From Nitrososphaerota archaeon (GTDB lineage: Archaea > Thermoproteota > Nitrososphaeria_A > Caldarchaeales > Calditenuaceae): a stretch of 64,000 nucleotides of DNA. Both the position numbers and the translations under genes were made by a program. The stretch is taken from the NCBI GenBank assembly GCA_033581555.1, contig JAVQSZ010000003.1, positions 1 to 64,000 of the forward strand, read 5' to 3'. Below are positions 19,022-29,701 of the stretch, one piece after another. Below the pieces are notes generated by a model. The model searched no databases, was not told the DNA's origin, and was given only the letters and a program-made list of their open reading frames with translations. How positions within the stretch are numbered: position 1 is the first letter of the stretch; every line of letters begins with the position of its first letter.

Positions 19022-19471
19022 TCAGGACCGCTTCCAGAGCTGTAGCCCCCCTAGTCTCCTCATGACCTCGTCTGTGAACGCGGAGACCTCGGACCACTCG
19101 ACGCCACGGGACTTCAGCAGCCCGGCGATCTCCCTCTCGACCAGCCTGTAGCTCTTCAGCCGCTCGTTCAGGGTTCGCCACCTCACGTCCTTCAGGGGCT
19201 CTGCGATCCTCTCATCGTAGGGAAGGACGCCCCTAACCATGAGGTACGCGATGATCGGGTAACCCACGTAGTTCCTGAAGACGGTACCGTTGTCGTCGGA
19301 GCTCGCCTCGCCCGTGTTCAGGTCGACCCTCACCGTGTAGACCCTGTCGCCCTCAGACGCGGCCACCCTGCACCCGTTCTCGGCGACCTCGGTGACCCTT
19401 CCTCCCGCGACCGCGCCCAGCGCCTCGAGGACTTTGACCCTCGGAGGGAGCGAGAGGACCGTTCTGTCCAT
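19022..19471 (-). CDS. hypothetical protein
   Basis: 149-aa ORF with genome-typical codon usage; motif SDDNGT..R.YVGYPIIA.LM. Confidence 0.7.
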   Translation of the reverse strand: MDRTVLSLPPRVKVLEALGAVAGGRVTEVAENGCRVAASEGDRVYTVRVDLNTGEASSDDNGTVFRNYVGYPIIAYLMVRGVLPYDERIAEPLKDVRWRTLNERLKSYRLVEREIAGLLKSRGVEWSEVSAFTDEVMRRLGGLQLWKRS

Positions 19472-19494
19472 CCCATCCTTCCCGGTGCCCGTCG

Positions 19495-20226
19495 TTAATC
19501 AACGATGAGTAGCTCCGGCCTCGAGTTGACCCTGACCTGGTGGAACATCTGCCCGATCCCCCTCGAGACGTAGAGCCTCGCGCCCCTCAGCTCGTAGAGC
19601 CCCCTGTTGTACCTCGAGTTGGTGAGCAGGGTCAGGCCTCCGACCACGAGGCCCCCGTGGGTGTGTCCAGCGAGCACAAAGGCCCCGCCCGACACGCTGT
19701 CCGCCACGTTCGGGTCGTGGGCTAGAACCAGACCGTCCGTGACCACCCGCGCGTACCTCCTGTCCTCCCTCCAGTCGTAGCCGAAGACCCTCCCGAACGG
19801 GGTCTCCGCGAACCGGTCAACTAGGACCTCGAACCCCCACCTCCTCAGAGCATTCGCCGTCTCCGAGGCCCGCCCGCTCCAATACTCGTGGTTCCCCAGG
19901 ACCGCGAGTTTGACCCGAGCCTCTGTCCTCCGGAGGACCGAGTCGAGGCCCTCCATGTCCTTCGTCTCCTCATCGACGAGGTCGCCCGCGATCACCACCG
20001 CGTCCGGGTCTAGGCGCTCGAGGGCCTTGAGGGCGCCATCGACGTGGGCCTCGCCGCGGAAGTGGTAGTGGACGTCGGGGAGGAACGCGACCCTTCCCCC
20101 CAGTCCCACCTCGAGCTTCGTGACCTCCAGCCCGTAGTCGATCGAGCCGAGTGCGATCGAGCCGACCGCGGCGAGGGAGCCGAAGAGAGTCGCGGCTAGG
20201 GCCTTCCTCCTCGAGACCCCGGGCAA
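19495..20226 (-). CDS. calcineurin-like metallophosphoesterase (YkuE-like) with possible Tat signal
   Basis: DVH, GDLVD, GNHE, AHDP, GHTHGG, VSRGIG; N-terminal SRRK followed by a hydrophobic stretch. Confidence 0.85.
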   Translation of the reverse strand: MPGVSRRKALAATLFGSLAAVGSIALGSIDYGLEVTKLEVGLGGRVAFLPDVHYHFRGEAHVDGALKALERLDPDAVVIAGDLVDEETKDMEGLDSVLRRTEARVKLAVLGNHEYWSGRASETANALRRWGFEVLVDRFAETPFGRVFGYDWREDRRYARVVTDGLVLAHDPNVADSVSGGAFVLAGHTHGGLVVGGLTLLTNSRYNRGLYELRGARLYVSRGIGQMFHQVRVNSRPELLIVD

Positions 20227-20227
20227 C

Positions 20228-21724
20228 TCATCCCTTCACTACGCCGATCGGAACTAGCCTCGCGACCTTCGTGCTCATCCCGACGCTGTGCGCGACCTCG
20301 ACGACGTCGTCCGGGTTCTTATAGGCCTCGGGGACCTCCTCGACGATCGTGTCCATCGTGTCACCCTTGACGTAAATCCCTCTGCTCTCGAGGGCCCTCA
20401 CGACCTGGTCGCCCCTGTACGCCCTCTTCGCACCGGCCCTGCTCATCTGCCTCCCCGCGCCGTGGACGCTGCTCCCGAACGTGATCTCGAGCGAGTTCCT
20501 CTGGCCGAGGAGGACCCAGCTCGCGGTCCCCATGCTGCCGGGCACGAAGACCGGCTGGCCGAGGTCCCTGTAGGTCTCCGGGATGTGGTCCGAGTAGGGC
20601 GGCGCGTTGCCGGGGTAGCTCCTCGTAGCTCCCTTCCTGTGGACGAAGACGTCCCTCGTCTCGCCGTCGACCTTGTGCTTCTCGAGCTTGACGATGTTGT
20701 GGCAGACGTCGTAGACTATCTTCAGGCCCATCTCCTCAGCAGGCCTCTTGAAGACCTGCTCGAAGCTCTGCCGTATCCAATGGCTGATCGCCTGCCTGTT
20801 AGCGAAGGCGAAGTTGACCGCGCACCCGAACGCCTTGAGGTACATGGTGGCCTCGGGGCTGCTTGCGGGAGTGCAGGCCAGCTCCCTGTCCGGGAGCCTG
20901 ATGTTGTACTTCATCACCGCCCTCTCCATCACCCTGAGGTAGTCGCTGCAGATCTGGTGGCCGTAGCCCCTGCTTCCGCAGTGGATGAGGATCGTTATCT
21001 GGCCCTCCTCGTAGATACCCATCCTCTTCGCAGCGACCGGGTCGAAGATCTTCTCGACCTTCTGGATCTCGAGGAAGTGGTTCCCGCTCCCGAGGGTCCC
21101 GATCTGATCGAGTCCCCTGTGCTTCGCCTCGTTCGAGACCACGCTCGGGTCCGGGTCCGGTATGTCCCCGGTCTTGTACCTCGGGTACCTGCCCTCCTCC
21201 TCGATGTGCTTGTAGTCCTCGTGCCACCCGAGCCCGTACTTATCGATGATGTAACGGGCTCCCTCTGTCGCGACCCTGTCGAGGTCGGACATCGAGACGA
21301 CGAAGTCCCTCCTCCTCGACCCGAGGCCCGCGGGGACGTTCCTGAAGATCACGTTCACCAACTCAACGATCTTCAGCCTGACCTCCTTCTCTGTGAGGTT
21401 GGTGACCATCAGCCTGACCCCGCAGTTTATGTCATATCCGACCCCTCCGGGTGAGATGACGCCCTCGGTCGCGTCCATCGCGGCCACCCCTCCGATCGGG
21501 AAGCCGTAACCCTCGTGTGCATCGGGAAGGACGGCGACGTGCTTCTGGACCCCGGGTAGGGTCGCGACGTTGACCCCCTGAATCAGGGTCCTGTCGGTCC
21601 TCATCTTCTCGAGGAGCTTCTCGGAGGCGAAGACGTAGACCGGTACCCTCATGTCGTGTCTGAAGGTCTTCGGGATCAGCCAGACGCTCGGCGCCACCTT
21701 CTGCAGCGGAACTGAGGCGCTCAT
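20228..21724 (-). CDS. rtcB: RNA-splicing ligase RtcB
   Basis: PDAHEGYGFPIGG, GYDINCG, GSGNHFLE, HCGSRG, HRKGAT, HGAGR. Confidence 0.96.
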   Translation of the reverse strand: MSASVPLQKVAPSVWLIPKTFRHDMRVPVYVFASEKLLEKMRTDRTLIQGVNVATLPGVQKHVAVLPDAHEGYGFPIGGVAAMDATEGVISPGGVGYDINCGVRLMVTNLTEKEVRLKIVELVNVIFRNVPAGLGSRRRDFVVSMSDLDRVATEGARYIIDKYGLGWHEDYKHIEEEGRYPRYKTGDIPDPDPSVVSNEAKHRGLDQIGTLGSGNHFLEIQKVEKIFDPVAAKRMGIYEEGQITILIHCGSRGYGHQICSDYLRVMERAVMKYNIRLPDRELACTPASSPEATMYLKAFGCAVNFAFANRQAISHWIRQSFEQVFKRPAEEMGLKIVYDVCHNIVKLEKHKVDGETRDVFVHRKGATRSYPGNAPPYSDHIPETYRDLGQPVFVPGSMGTASWVLLGQRNSLEITFGSSVHGAGRQMSRAGAKRAYRGDQVVRALESRGIYVKGDTMDTIVEEVPEAYKNPDDVVEVAHSVGMSTKVARLVPIGVVKG

Positions 21725-21787
21725 TCCGTACCCATGGGTGAGGCGGGGAATATTAACGTAGACCTAAATCGCGAGTCTCCGGAGAGG

Positions 21788-23992
21788 TCAGGAGATGTAC
21801 GCCATCTGGGTCTTCATCCGCTCCTCGATCCTCTCGTAGGCGGTCCTCAGCTCCTCGCTGATGCTGGGCTTGACCTTCTCGAAGGCCCTCTCGAAGTGCC
21901 TCCAGGAGACCTTCAGCTTCTCGAGCTCCTCCTTCCTCTGCTTCGACGCAGCGATCAGCGACGAGTGCTCCCTCGCGGCGTTTAGGGCCGCCTCCCTGCA
22001 GAGCGCCTCGATGTCGGCACCGGTGTAGCCCTCCGTGAGCCTCGCGAGCCTCTCGAGGCTGACGTCGTCGTCGAGCGGCATCCCCCTCGTGTGGACGTTG
22101 AGGATCTCGAGCCTCGCCTTGTAGTCAGGTATCGGGACCCTGATCACCCTGTCGAACCTCCCGGGCCTGAGGAGGGCTGGGTCCAGCAGGTCGGGCCTGT
22201 TCGTCGCGCCTATCACTACAACCCCAGTGAGTGCCTGAATTCCGTCCATCTCGGTCAGCATTTGGTTCACGATCCTGTCCGTGACGCCCGCGTCGGTGTG
22301 CGTCCCCCTCCTGGCCGCGATCGAGTCGAGCTCGTCGAAGAAGACGATGCACGGCGCGGTCTCCCTCGCCTTCCTGAAGATCTCCCTGATCGCCTTCTCC
22401 GACTCTCCGACCCACTTGGAGAGGACCTCGGGGCCCTTGACGCTGATGAAGTTCGCCTCAGACTCGGTCGCGACCGCCTTCGCGAGCAAGGTCTTTCCAG
22501 TCCCGGGCGGACCGTAGAGCAGGATCCCCTTCGTCGGCCTGATCCCGAGCCTCTTGAAGAGCTCCGGGTACCTGAGCGGCCACTCGACGGCCTCCCTCAG
22601 CTCCTGTTTGACCTCGTCGAGGTCGCCGACCATGTCCCAGGTCACGTTCGGGATCTCGAGGACAACCTCCCTAAGGGCAGAGGGCTGAACGACCTTCAGG
22701 GCCTGCATGAAGTCATCCCTGGTCACCTTCAGTTGCTCGAGGACCTCCGCAGGTATCACCTCCCTCTCGAGGTCGATCTTCGGCAGGAACCTCCTCAGCG
22801 CGTTCATCGCCGCCTCCCTACAGAGCGCGGCTATGTCGGCGCCCGTGAAGCCGTGGGTGACGTCGGCCAGCTCGTCGATATTGACGTCCTCGGCGAGCGG
22901 CATCCTCCTGGTGTGTATCTGGAAGATCTCCTTCCTCCCGTTCCTATCCGGGACGCCTATCCTGATCTCCCTGTCGAACCTCCCGGGCCTTCGGAGCGCC
23001 GGGTCGACCGCGTCGATCCTGTTCGTCGCGCCGATCACTACCACCTGTCCCCTAGACTTCAGGCCGTCCATGAGCGTGAGGAGCTGCGAGACCACCCTCC
23101 TCTCCACCTCGCCAGTCACCTCGCTCCGCTTCGGGGCGATCGCGTCCAACTCGTCGATGAAGATGATGCTGGGGGCGCTCTTCTCGGCCTCGGCGAAGAT
23201 CTCCCTGAGCCTGGCCTCGCTCTCTCCGTAGAACTTGCTCATGATCTCGGGGCCGTTGATGCTGAAGAACCTAGCCCCGGTCTCGTTCGCGAGGGCCTTC
23301 GCTATCAGGGTCTTCCCGGTCCCCGGAGGTCCGTAGAGGATGACGCCCTTGGGAGGTTCGATCCCGAGGTGCCTGAAGAGCTCAGGGTGTTTCAGGGGCA
23401 GCTCGACCATCTCCCTGATCCGCTGAAGCTCGTTCGCGAGGCCTCCGATGTCCTCGTACGTGACCCCTCCGACCTCCTCGGTCCTCGCGACCGGAGAGGT
23501 CGAGACCTCGATAACAGTGTCCTCCGTCACGAAGACGTAGCTCTTCGGGACCGTGTGGATGACCTTCAGCTCGAGCCCCATCCCCAGTATCGGGATCACG
23601 ACCGTGTCACCCTTCGCGACCGGGAGGTTCATCAACTGCTGCTTGACGACCCTCGAGATGTCGCCGATGAAGGGGAGCTGCTCGTAGGGCGCGAGGACCA
23701 CTTTCGTACCCCTGACGGTCTCGGCCTTGGCGACGGTAACGTAGTCCCCGACGTTCACGCCCGCGTTCCTCCTGATCTCGCTGTCGATCCTGATCAGCCT
23801 CTGGCCTTCGTCCTCCCTGTAGGCTGGCCACGCCCTCGCGACCGTCGACTTCTTTCCGGTCACCTCGACGAGCTCGCCCGGGGAGACGTTCAGCTCCCTC
23901 AGGACCGAGTTGTCGATCCTCGCGATCCTCATGCCGATGTCCCTCTGGCGCGCCTCTGCGACGCGCAGCTGGACGCCCCGCTTGTGGGACAT
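21788..23992 (-). CDS. cdc48: CDC48/VAT AAA+ ATPase
   Basis: N domain plus two AAA modules (GPPGTGKT twice, DELD, RPGRFDR). Confidence 0.95.
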   Translation of the reverse strand: MSHKRGVQLRVAEARQRDIGMRIARIDNSVLRELNVSPGELVEVTGKKSTVARAWPAYREDEGQRLIRIDSEIRRNAGVNVGDYVTVAKAETVRGTKVVLAPYEQLPFIGDISRVVKQQLMNLPVAKGDTVVIPILGMGLELKVIHTVPKSYVFVTEDTVIEVSTSPVARTEEVGGVTYEDIGGLANELQRIREMVELPLKHPELFRHLGIEPPKGVILYGPPGTGKTLIAKALANETGARFFSINGPEIMSKFYGESEARLREIFAEAEKSAPSIIFIDELDAIAPKRSEVTGEVERRVVSQLLTLMDGLKSRGQVVVIGATNRIDAVDPALRRPGRFDREIRIGVPDRNGRKEIFQIHTRRMPLAEDVNIDELADVTHGFTGADIAALCREAAMNALRRFLPKIDLEREVIPAEVLEQLKVTRDDFMQALKVVQPSALREVVLEIPNVTWDMVGDLDEVKQELREAVEWPLRYPELFKRLGIRPTKGILLYGPPGTGKTLLAKAVATESEANFISVKGPEVLSKWVGESEKAIREIFRKARETAPCIVFFDELDSIAARRGTHTDAGVTDRIVNQMLTEMDGIQALTGVVVIGATNRPDLLDPALLRPGRFDRVIRVPIPDYKARLEILNVHTRGMPLDDDVSLERLARLTEGYTGADIEALCREAALNAAREHSSLIAASKQRKEELEKLKVSWRHFERAFEKVKPSISEELRTAYERIEERMKTQMAYIS

Positions 23993-24098
23993 GCCGCCGA
24001 CTCAGGGTCCGTCCCGGTAATTAAGAGATTCCGAGCGATCAGTGAGCGGTGCCCCCGCCTCGCTCAAACTTAAAAATGGACGCGGGATCCTCAGCGCC

Positions 24099-24377
24099 GT
24101 GAAGGTCCCCGAGGTGATCAGCACCTACTGCCCAAAGTGCAACGCCCACACAGAGCACAAGGTCTCGCTCTACAAGAAGGGGAAGGAGAGGGCGCTGGCG
24201 ATAGGCGCGAGGCGGCACGAGAGGGAGCTGCACGGGTACGGAGGCCAGAAGTACCCGATACAGAGGAACAAGGCCAAGACCACCGATAAGAAGACGCTCG
24301 TCCTGACATGCAACAAGTGCGGGAGGAAGCTGCTGAGAAAGGGGGTTAGGCTCAGGAAGCTCGAGATCGTGAGGTGA
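24099..24377 (+). CDS. rpl44e: 50S ribosomal protein L44e
   Basis: KVP....TYCPKC..HTEH.V, GYGGQ, C..C; GTG at 24099, TATA-like box at about 24070. Confidence 0.93.
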   Translation: MKVPEVISTYCPKCNAHTEHKVSLYKKGKERALAIGARRHERELHGYGGQKYPIQRNKAKTTDKKTLVLTCNKCGRKLLRKGVRLRKLEIVR

Positions 24378-24384
24378 AGCGACG

Positions 24385-24588
24385 ATGTCGCGGGTCGAGA
24401 TCGAGGGGATGATACCACAGCCGAGGTCGCGGTTCCTCCTGGTCTCGTGCTTGAGCTGCGGCAACAAGCAAGTGGTCTTCGACAGCGCGAAGACGGTCGT
24501 GAGGTGCGCGGTTTGCAGGGAGGTGCTCGCGGTCCCGAGGGGCGGGAAGTCGAAGGTCCTGGGGAAGGTGGTTGCGGTCCTCACTTGA
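24385..24588 (+). CDS. rps27e: 30S ribosomal protein S27e
   Basis: PRSRFLLVSC..CGNKQVVF...VRC..C...LA.P.GGK. Confidence 0.94.
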   Translation: MSRVEIEGMIPQPRSRFLLVSCLSCGNKQVVFDSAKTVVRCAVCREVLAVPRGGKSKVLGKVVAVLT

Positions 24589-24591
24589 GCC

Positions 24592-25575
24592 TCAGAGCAG
24601 CCCCCTCTCCCTGAGGGACCTCCCGACGGCCTCGATGGGGTGGGCCTCTACCTCGGACATCAGCCTGTTCAGCTCCTCGTAGGCCTTAGGGTTTCCGGTC
24701 CAAGTCCTCTCGAACTCGCCGCTCCTGATCGCTCTCAGGGCCTCCCTCATCCTCTGCTTGACCTCCTCGTCGATCACCTTGGGCCCGACGGTGAGGCCTC
24801 CGAACTTCGCGGTGTCCGATACCCCCCTCAGCATCCCGGTCAGGCCGCCCGAGTAGATCAGGTCGACGATCAGCTTCAGCTCGTTGCAGACCTCGAAGTA
24901 AGCCAGCTCGGGCTGGTAACCGTTCTCGACGAGGACCTCGAACCCCTTCTTGATCAGCTCCATCACGCCGCCGACCAGGACCGTCTGCTCTCCGAAGAGG
25001 TCGGTCTCAGTCTCCTCCGCGAACGTCGTCTCGATGACCCCCGCCCTCGTGCATCCTATCGCCTTAGCGATCGCTAGGGCGATCGACTTCGCGTCGCCCG
25101 TGGCGTCGTTGTGGACCGCGACGAGCGCGGGCACGCCCTTCCCCTCGACGAACTTCTGGCGGAGCAAGGCACCTGGCGACTTCGGAGCGACCAGGACCAC
25201 GTTGACGTCGGGCGGCGTCTTGATCCTCCCGAAGTGGACGTTATAGCCGTGGGCGAAGACCAGCGTCTTCCCGCGGCGGAGGTGCGGCTCCACGTGTCTC
25301 CGGTAGACCTCGGCCATCGGGACGTCCGGGATCAACATCAGTATCACGTCGCCGGCCCTTGCTGCCTCTTCGATCGGGACAGGCTCGAAACCGTCGGCCC
25401 GCGCCTGCGCGTAGCTCCGGCCCTCGCCCCTCAGTCCGAGGAGAACCCTGATCCCCGAGTCACGGAGGTTCAGCGCCTGAGCCCTCCCTTGACTCCCGTA
25501 TCCGATCACGGCGACCGTCTTGTCCTTGATCGGGTCGAGGGAAGCGTCCGGGTCGTAGTGAACCTTAGCCCGCAT
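24592..25575 (-). CDS. ilvC: ketol-acid reductoisomerase
   Basis: [38 protein letters not shown]. Confidence 0.95.
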   Translation of the reverse strand: MRAKVHYDPDASLDPIKDKTVAVIGYGSQGRAQALNLRDSGIRVLLGLRGEGRSYAQARADGFEPVPIEEAARAGDVILMLIPDVPMAEVYRRHVEPHLRRGKTLVFAHGYNVHFGRIKTPPDVNVVLVAPKSPGALLRQKFVEGKGVPALVAVHNDATGDAKSIALAIAKAIGCTRAGVIETTFAEETETDLFGEQTVLVGGVMELIKKGFEVLVENGYQPELAYFEVCNELKLIVDLIYSGGLTGMLRGVSDTAKFGGLTVGPKVIDEEVKQRMREALRAIRSGEFERTWTGNPKAYEELNRLMSEVEAHPIEAVGRSLRERGLL

Positions 25576-25699
25576 CTCGAGCTGAGCCGGAGGTCCCACT
25601 AAAAACGTTTCCACGGCCCACAGAGTCGGGAAGGGTTGCGATGTCGCGTCGAGCTCGAGGCGACAACTATTATAGGACCGGGAGTCGGGGTGAAGGGAG

Positions 25700-26431
25700 A
25701 TGGCAGCCCTAGGGATGGCAGGCGCGTACGACAGGGCGATAACGGTCTTCTCGCCGCAGGGCAGGCTCTACCAAGTAGAGTACGCGCTTGAGACGGTGAA
25801 GTCGGGCTCGAGCTCAGTCGGGATCAGGGTGGAGGAGGGCGTGGTGCTCGCGGTCGAGGAGAGAGCCCACAGCAAGCTACAGTCGCCGACGTACTCCCAG
25901 AAGCTCTTCCAGGTCGACCTCCACATAGGGGCCGCAGCCTCGGGCCTGATCTCCGACGCCAGAGTCCTCGTCGACAGCGCGAGGATCTTCGCTCAGAGCT
26001 ACAGGCTCACTTACGACGAGCCACCATCCGTCGAGAGCGTCGCCAAGAGGGTCGGAGACTTGATGCAGCTGTACACTCAGCACGGCGGGGTGCGGCCGTT
26101 CGGCGTGGCGCTCCTGATCGGCGGCGTCTCGGTCGACGGGGCGAGGCTCTTCTACACCGAGCCCAGCGGGGTCGTGATGGAGTACAACGCCTGGAGCATC
26201 GGGAGAGGAGCCGAGAAGGTCAAGGAGGTCCTCGAGGCGTCCTACGACCCGATGATGCCGCTCGAAAGGGCTAAGGCCCTCGCGATCACGTCGCTGGTGA
26301 GGTCGGTCGACAAGATCGAGGAGAACTGGATGGCGAGGATGGTCGTGATACCCGCGGACACGAGGAGCTATACGCCCGTCCCGGTCGAGGAGGTCAACAG
26401 GCTGGTCAAGGAGGCCCTTCAGTCGAGGTAG
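25700..26431 (+). CDS. psmA: proteasome alpha subunit
   Basis: [35 protein letters not shown]. Confidence 0.96.
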   Translation: MAALGMAGAYDRAITVFSPQGRLYQVEYALETVKSGSSSVGIRVEEGVVLAVEERAHSKLQSPTYSQKLFQVDLHIGAAASGLISDARVLVDSARIFAQSYRLTYDEPPSVESVAKRVGDLMQLYTQHGGVRPFGVALLIGGVSVDGARLFYTEPSGVVMEYNAWSIGRGAEKVKEVLEASYDPMMPLERAKALAITSLVRSVDKIEENWMARMVVIPADTRSYTPVPVEEVNRLVKEALQSR

Positions 26432-26433
26432 CC

Positions 26434-27486
26434 CTAGGGCGTTATCAGGACCTTCATCCCGTCTCCGGACTCGAAGACCCTCAGCGCCTCCTCGAACCTC
26501 TCGATGGGGAACCTGTGAGTTATCAGCCTCGATGCCCTGACCCTGCGCTCCTCTAGGATCCTGATGGCCTCGACCATCTCCTCCTCGGTAGCGGCGTTGG
26601 ATGAGATCAAGCTCACCTCCCTGACCAATAGCTCGCTGAAGTCCTGATCGACCTTCGTCCCCCTCGGCGGCAGCCCGAAGAGGCAGACCGTTCCGCCGTT
26701 CCTAGTCGACCTGATGGCCGTGACGATCGCCGCTGAGCTGCCCGTCGCGATGATCGAGAGGTCGGCTCCCCTCCCTCCACTCAGCTCCCTCACCTCGCGG
26801 TCTACATCAGCCCTCGAGGCGTCCAAGGCCCTCACGCCCAGCGAGTCCGCGAACCTGAGCCTCGACTCCTTGACGTCGACCGCGACGGCCTCGCAGCCGA
26901 GCGACCTCAGGAGCTCCAGGAAGATCGCGCCCATCGGGCCGACCCCGAAGACCGCGACTGTCCAGCCCTGCCTCACTCCGGATCGCTCGAGGGCCCTCAG
27001 GCAGCAGGCCAACGGCTCAGTCAGCGACGCCTCTTCTAGCGAGAGGCCACCGGGGACCTTATAGATCGCACCGCGCCTCACGATGAACTCGGGGACCCTG
27101 AAGTACTCCGAGAACCCGCCGGGGTCGAAGTGGTGCCTCCTGTACTCGGGGCACATCGTCGGGCTCCCGTTGAGGCAGTAGTAGCAGTCGCCGCAGTTAG
27201 TGTGGTGGTGCGGGACTACCCTGTCGCCCCTCCTGAGCCACTCCACCCCTTCACCCACCTCCTCGACGACCCCGGAGGCCTCGTGCCCGATCACCTGCCT
27301 CCCCGCGGTGTATCCTCCCCTGATCCGCTCGACGTCGGTCCCACAGAGGCCGCAGGCCGCCAGCCTCACTAGCACCTCCCCCTTCCCGATCTTGGGCCTC
27401 TCGACCTCGAGGACGACTGCCCTCCCCCCCTCGACGAGGACCGCCTTCACGCGGTTCACTGCTGAGACCTCTGATTTACGTCTCAC
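26434..27486 (-). CDS. Zn-dependent medium-chain dehydrogenase (iditol/threonine dehydrogenase-like)
   Basis: CGLCGTD, GHE, CxxCxxC...C, GVGPMG. Confidence 0.87.
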   Translation of the reverse strand: MRRKSEVSAVNRVKAVLVEGGRAVVLEVERPKIGKGEVLVRLAACGLCGTDVERIRGGYTAGRQVIGHEASGVVEEVGEGVEWLRRGDRVVPHHHTNCGDCYYCLNGSPTMCPEYRRHHFDPGGFSEYFRVPEFIVRRGAIYKVPGGLSLEEASLTEPLACCLRALERSGVRQGWTVAVFGVGPMGAIFLELLRSLGCEAVAVDVKESRLRFADSLGVRALDASRADVDREVRELSGGRGADLSIIATGSSAAIVTAIRSTRNGGTVCLFGLPPRGTKVDQDFSELLVREVSLISSNAATEEEMVEAIRILEERRVRASRLITHRFPIERFEEALRVFESGDGMKVLITP

Positions 27487-27538
27487 GCGCTTGGTCGGAA
27501 ACCCTTTTCACCGGACGTACGGAACGTGTGTCAGAGCG

Positions 27539-27979
27539 ATGGCCGACGAGTGCGTCTTCTGCAGGATCGCCTCAGGCGAGGAGTGGGGCGCGATCGTCTG
27601 GGACGACGGCGAGTACGTCGCCTTCATGGACAAGTACCCGGTCTCGGTGGGCCACACGCTCGTGGCGCCGAAGTTCCACAGGTCCGACGTCCTCGAGATG
27701 TCCTTCGAAGAGGCCGGGAGACTCTTCTCGCTCGCGGCGAAGGTCGCGAGGGCGATCAAGGCCTCCCTGAACCCCGACGGCATCAACATCCTTCAGAACA
27801 ACGGCGCCGCCGCAGGGCAGGTGATCTTCCACGCCCACGTCCACGTCATCCCGAGGTACGCCGGACACCATGGGAACCCGTCCAGGCCACTGAAGGGGAT
27901 GAGGCTCAGCGTCACAGAGGAGGAGCTCCTGAGGGTCGCTGAGAGGATCGGTGAGGCCATGCGAAGGCTTCAGGGTTGA
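27539..27979 (+). CDS. HIT family hydrolase
   Basis: CVFCRI, GHTLV, AGQVIFHAHVHVIPR; ATG at 27539. Confidence 0.92.
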   Translation: MADECVFCRIASGEEWGAIVWDDGEYVAFMDKYPVSVGHTLVAPKFHRSDVLEMSFEEAGRLFSLAAKVARAIKASLNPDGINILQNNGAAAGQVIFHAHVHVIPRYAGHHGNPSRPLKGMRLSVTEEELLRVAERIGEAMRRLQG

Positions 27980-28329
27980 GCCCTGGGCCTGCTCTCCAGC
28001 CCGCTGTACCTCCTCACCGCGTCGACGAAGCTCTCCGGATCGGTCACCGATAGCACGAGCCTCCTCCAGAAGCCCGCATTCTTCCTCACCTCGACGCAGT
28101 TTCGCCTGCGAGCGACGACGTAGAGCGTCCTGCTGATCGGGTAGGGCTCAATCCCCCTTCCGACGTACCACGGGATCCTCTCGACGACGCCTACCCACTC
28201 CAGCTCCGGGTATGGAATCTCGATCGTGAAGAGGAGGGTCTTCACCTCCATCCGGTCCCAGCGAACGCGTGCCCATACCTTGAACGGGAAGAGGTCGATG
28301 TAGTCGGAGTGGAGGGCCTCCTCGGTCAC
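27970..28329 (-). CDS. hypothetical protein, bacterial PH-domain-like
   Basis: IEIPYPEL..V, LVLSVTDPESFVDAV pattern; translationally coupled to the upstream gene. Confidence 0.55.
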   Translation of the reverse strand: MTEEALHSDYIDLFPFKVWARVRWDRMEVKTLLFTIEIPYPELEWVGVVERIPWYVGRGIEPYPISRTLYVVARRRNCVEVRKNAGFWRRLVLSVTDPESFVDAVRRYSGLESRPRAQP

Positions 28330-28646
28330 CGGCGCCGCCTCAAGAGCGTGGCCGCGGCCCCGAGCGCCGCGACGAAGACCAGCGCGAGCCCCAGCACGAC
28401 TATTGGGTTGAGGAGGGTGGAGGCGGCGATCCCAAGTCCTGCAGCTAGGGCGACCCCTCCCCAGAGGAGGTAGTAGAGGGGGTCCCTGGACGCGGCCCCG
28501 TAGGCGACGGTGTAGACCCCGAAGACCGCCACGACGACCCCGACGGCGGTGAAGGGGTCGACCCTCAGCAGGCCCGCCCCCGATAGAACTAGCAAAGCCC
28601 CCGTCGATGCCACGATCGCTATCAGGGCTCCGGCGCCGTAACTCAT
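28326..28646 (-). CDS. small membrane protein (about 4 TM)
   Basis: Almost entirely hydrophobic, basic tail; ATGA overlap with the SPFH gene. Confidence 0.75.
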   Translation of the reverse strand: MSYGAGALIAIVASTGALLVLSGAGLLRVDPFTAVGVVVAVFGVYTVAYGAASRDPLYYLLWGGVALAAGLGIAASTLLNPIVVLGLALVFVAALGAAATLLRRRR

Positions 28647-29701
28647 GTCACCCTCGCACCGCACTCGGGGCAGAACTTGGACCCCGGCGCTACCCTGTGT
28701 CCGCTCGGACAGGTCAGGGCCATCGGAGCTCCGCACTCCGGACAGAACTTCGATCCAACCGGGACGCTGTGACCGTTGGGGCAGGTCGTCGTCTGAGGTT
28801 GCACCGGCGCCTGTTGCTGTGGAGGCGGCCCAAGGGGCTTGCCGCAGCTCCCGCAGAACCTCACGCCCTGAGGGTTCTGGAACCCGCAGTGCGGACAGAC
28901 CACCAGCACAGTTTGGGGCTGCTGGGCCGGATGCTGGAAGAGGGGCGGGATGATCGCGATGCCCGCGCCGACAGCTGCTCCCGGGCTCTGTCCGAGGGCC
29001 TCCGCGGTCTTCGTCACGGTCTGCATCCTGAGGACCTCAGCGGCCGAGACTCCCTGCCTGAGGAAGAAGATCCTGTCCCTCCACTCCGGCGTCGTGTCAA
29101 TCCCCTCGAACTTGACGTCGATCAGCTCGAGCCCTATCCTCCTGAAGGCCGCGCCCACGACGTTCTTAGCGAGGAAGCTGGTCTCGTCGAGCTTGCCGTA
29201 GACCTCGGTTATGCTGTGCTGGCTCAGCTCGTCGATTAGGGCCTCGTTGAAGTATCCCCTGAGGAAGTCCTGGAGCTGCTGGGTGCTGTAGGCTCCCTGC
29301 GACCCCACGACCTCCTGGACGAAGAGGTTCGGTTCCTCGACCCTGAACCAGAAGCCCCCGAAGAACTTCAGGGGTGCGAGCTCCTTCGTCTGGCCCTGCG
29401 CCCCGAACTTCCCCTGGAACTGCTTCAGCGAGACGAAGATCACGGTCGCCCTGAACGGGACCCTGTCGAAGCCCGCGACCCTCGAGAGGACCTTCGTCAG
29501 GAGCGGCAGGTTCGCGGTGGTGATCACGTGCCTCCCGGCCCTGAAGACGTCGTAGGCCTTCCCGTCCCTGAGGAAGACCGCGGCCTGCGCCTCCTCGACG
29601 ATAAGGTTGCTCCCCCACTCGATCTCGTCCACCGGGTACCTCCAGACGATGTCGCCCTCCCTCGCGCCGACCCACTGGATCACCTTAGGCAACCTTCCCA
29701 C
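28643..29701 (-). CDS. SPFH/Band-7 (YdjI-like) protein with C-terminal Zn ribbons
   Basis: GSNLIVEEAQAAVFLRDGKAYDVF..G.H...T.NLP.L; Gln/Pro linkers; CPHC..FCGSCG, CPNGH..FCPECG, CPSGH..FCPECG. Confidence 0.88.
   Translation of the reverse strand: MGRLPKVIQWVGAREGDIVWRYPVDEIEWGSNLIVEEAQAAVFLRDGKAYDVFRAGRHVITTANLPLLTKVLSRVAGFDRVPFRATVIFVSLKQFQGKFGAQGQTKELAPLKFFGGFWFRVEEPNLFVQEVVGSQGAYSTQQLQDFLRGYFNEALIDELSQHSITEVYGKLDETSFLAKNVVGAAFRRIGLELIDVKFEGIDTTPEWRDRIFFLRQGVSAAEVLRMQTVTKTAEALGQSPGAAVGAGIAIIPPLFQHPAQQPQTVLVVCPHCGFQNPQGVRFCGSCGKPLGPPPQQQAPVQPQTTTCPNGHSVPVGSKFCPECGAPMALTCPSGHRVAPGSKFCPECGARVT

Noticed and set aside
22091-24073. 660-aa + strand ORF
   Set aside because: Antisense shadow of cdc48 caused by high GC3; no motifs. 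The same applies to 16343-17698, 20288-21454, 45164-46474 and similar track ORFs.
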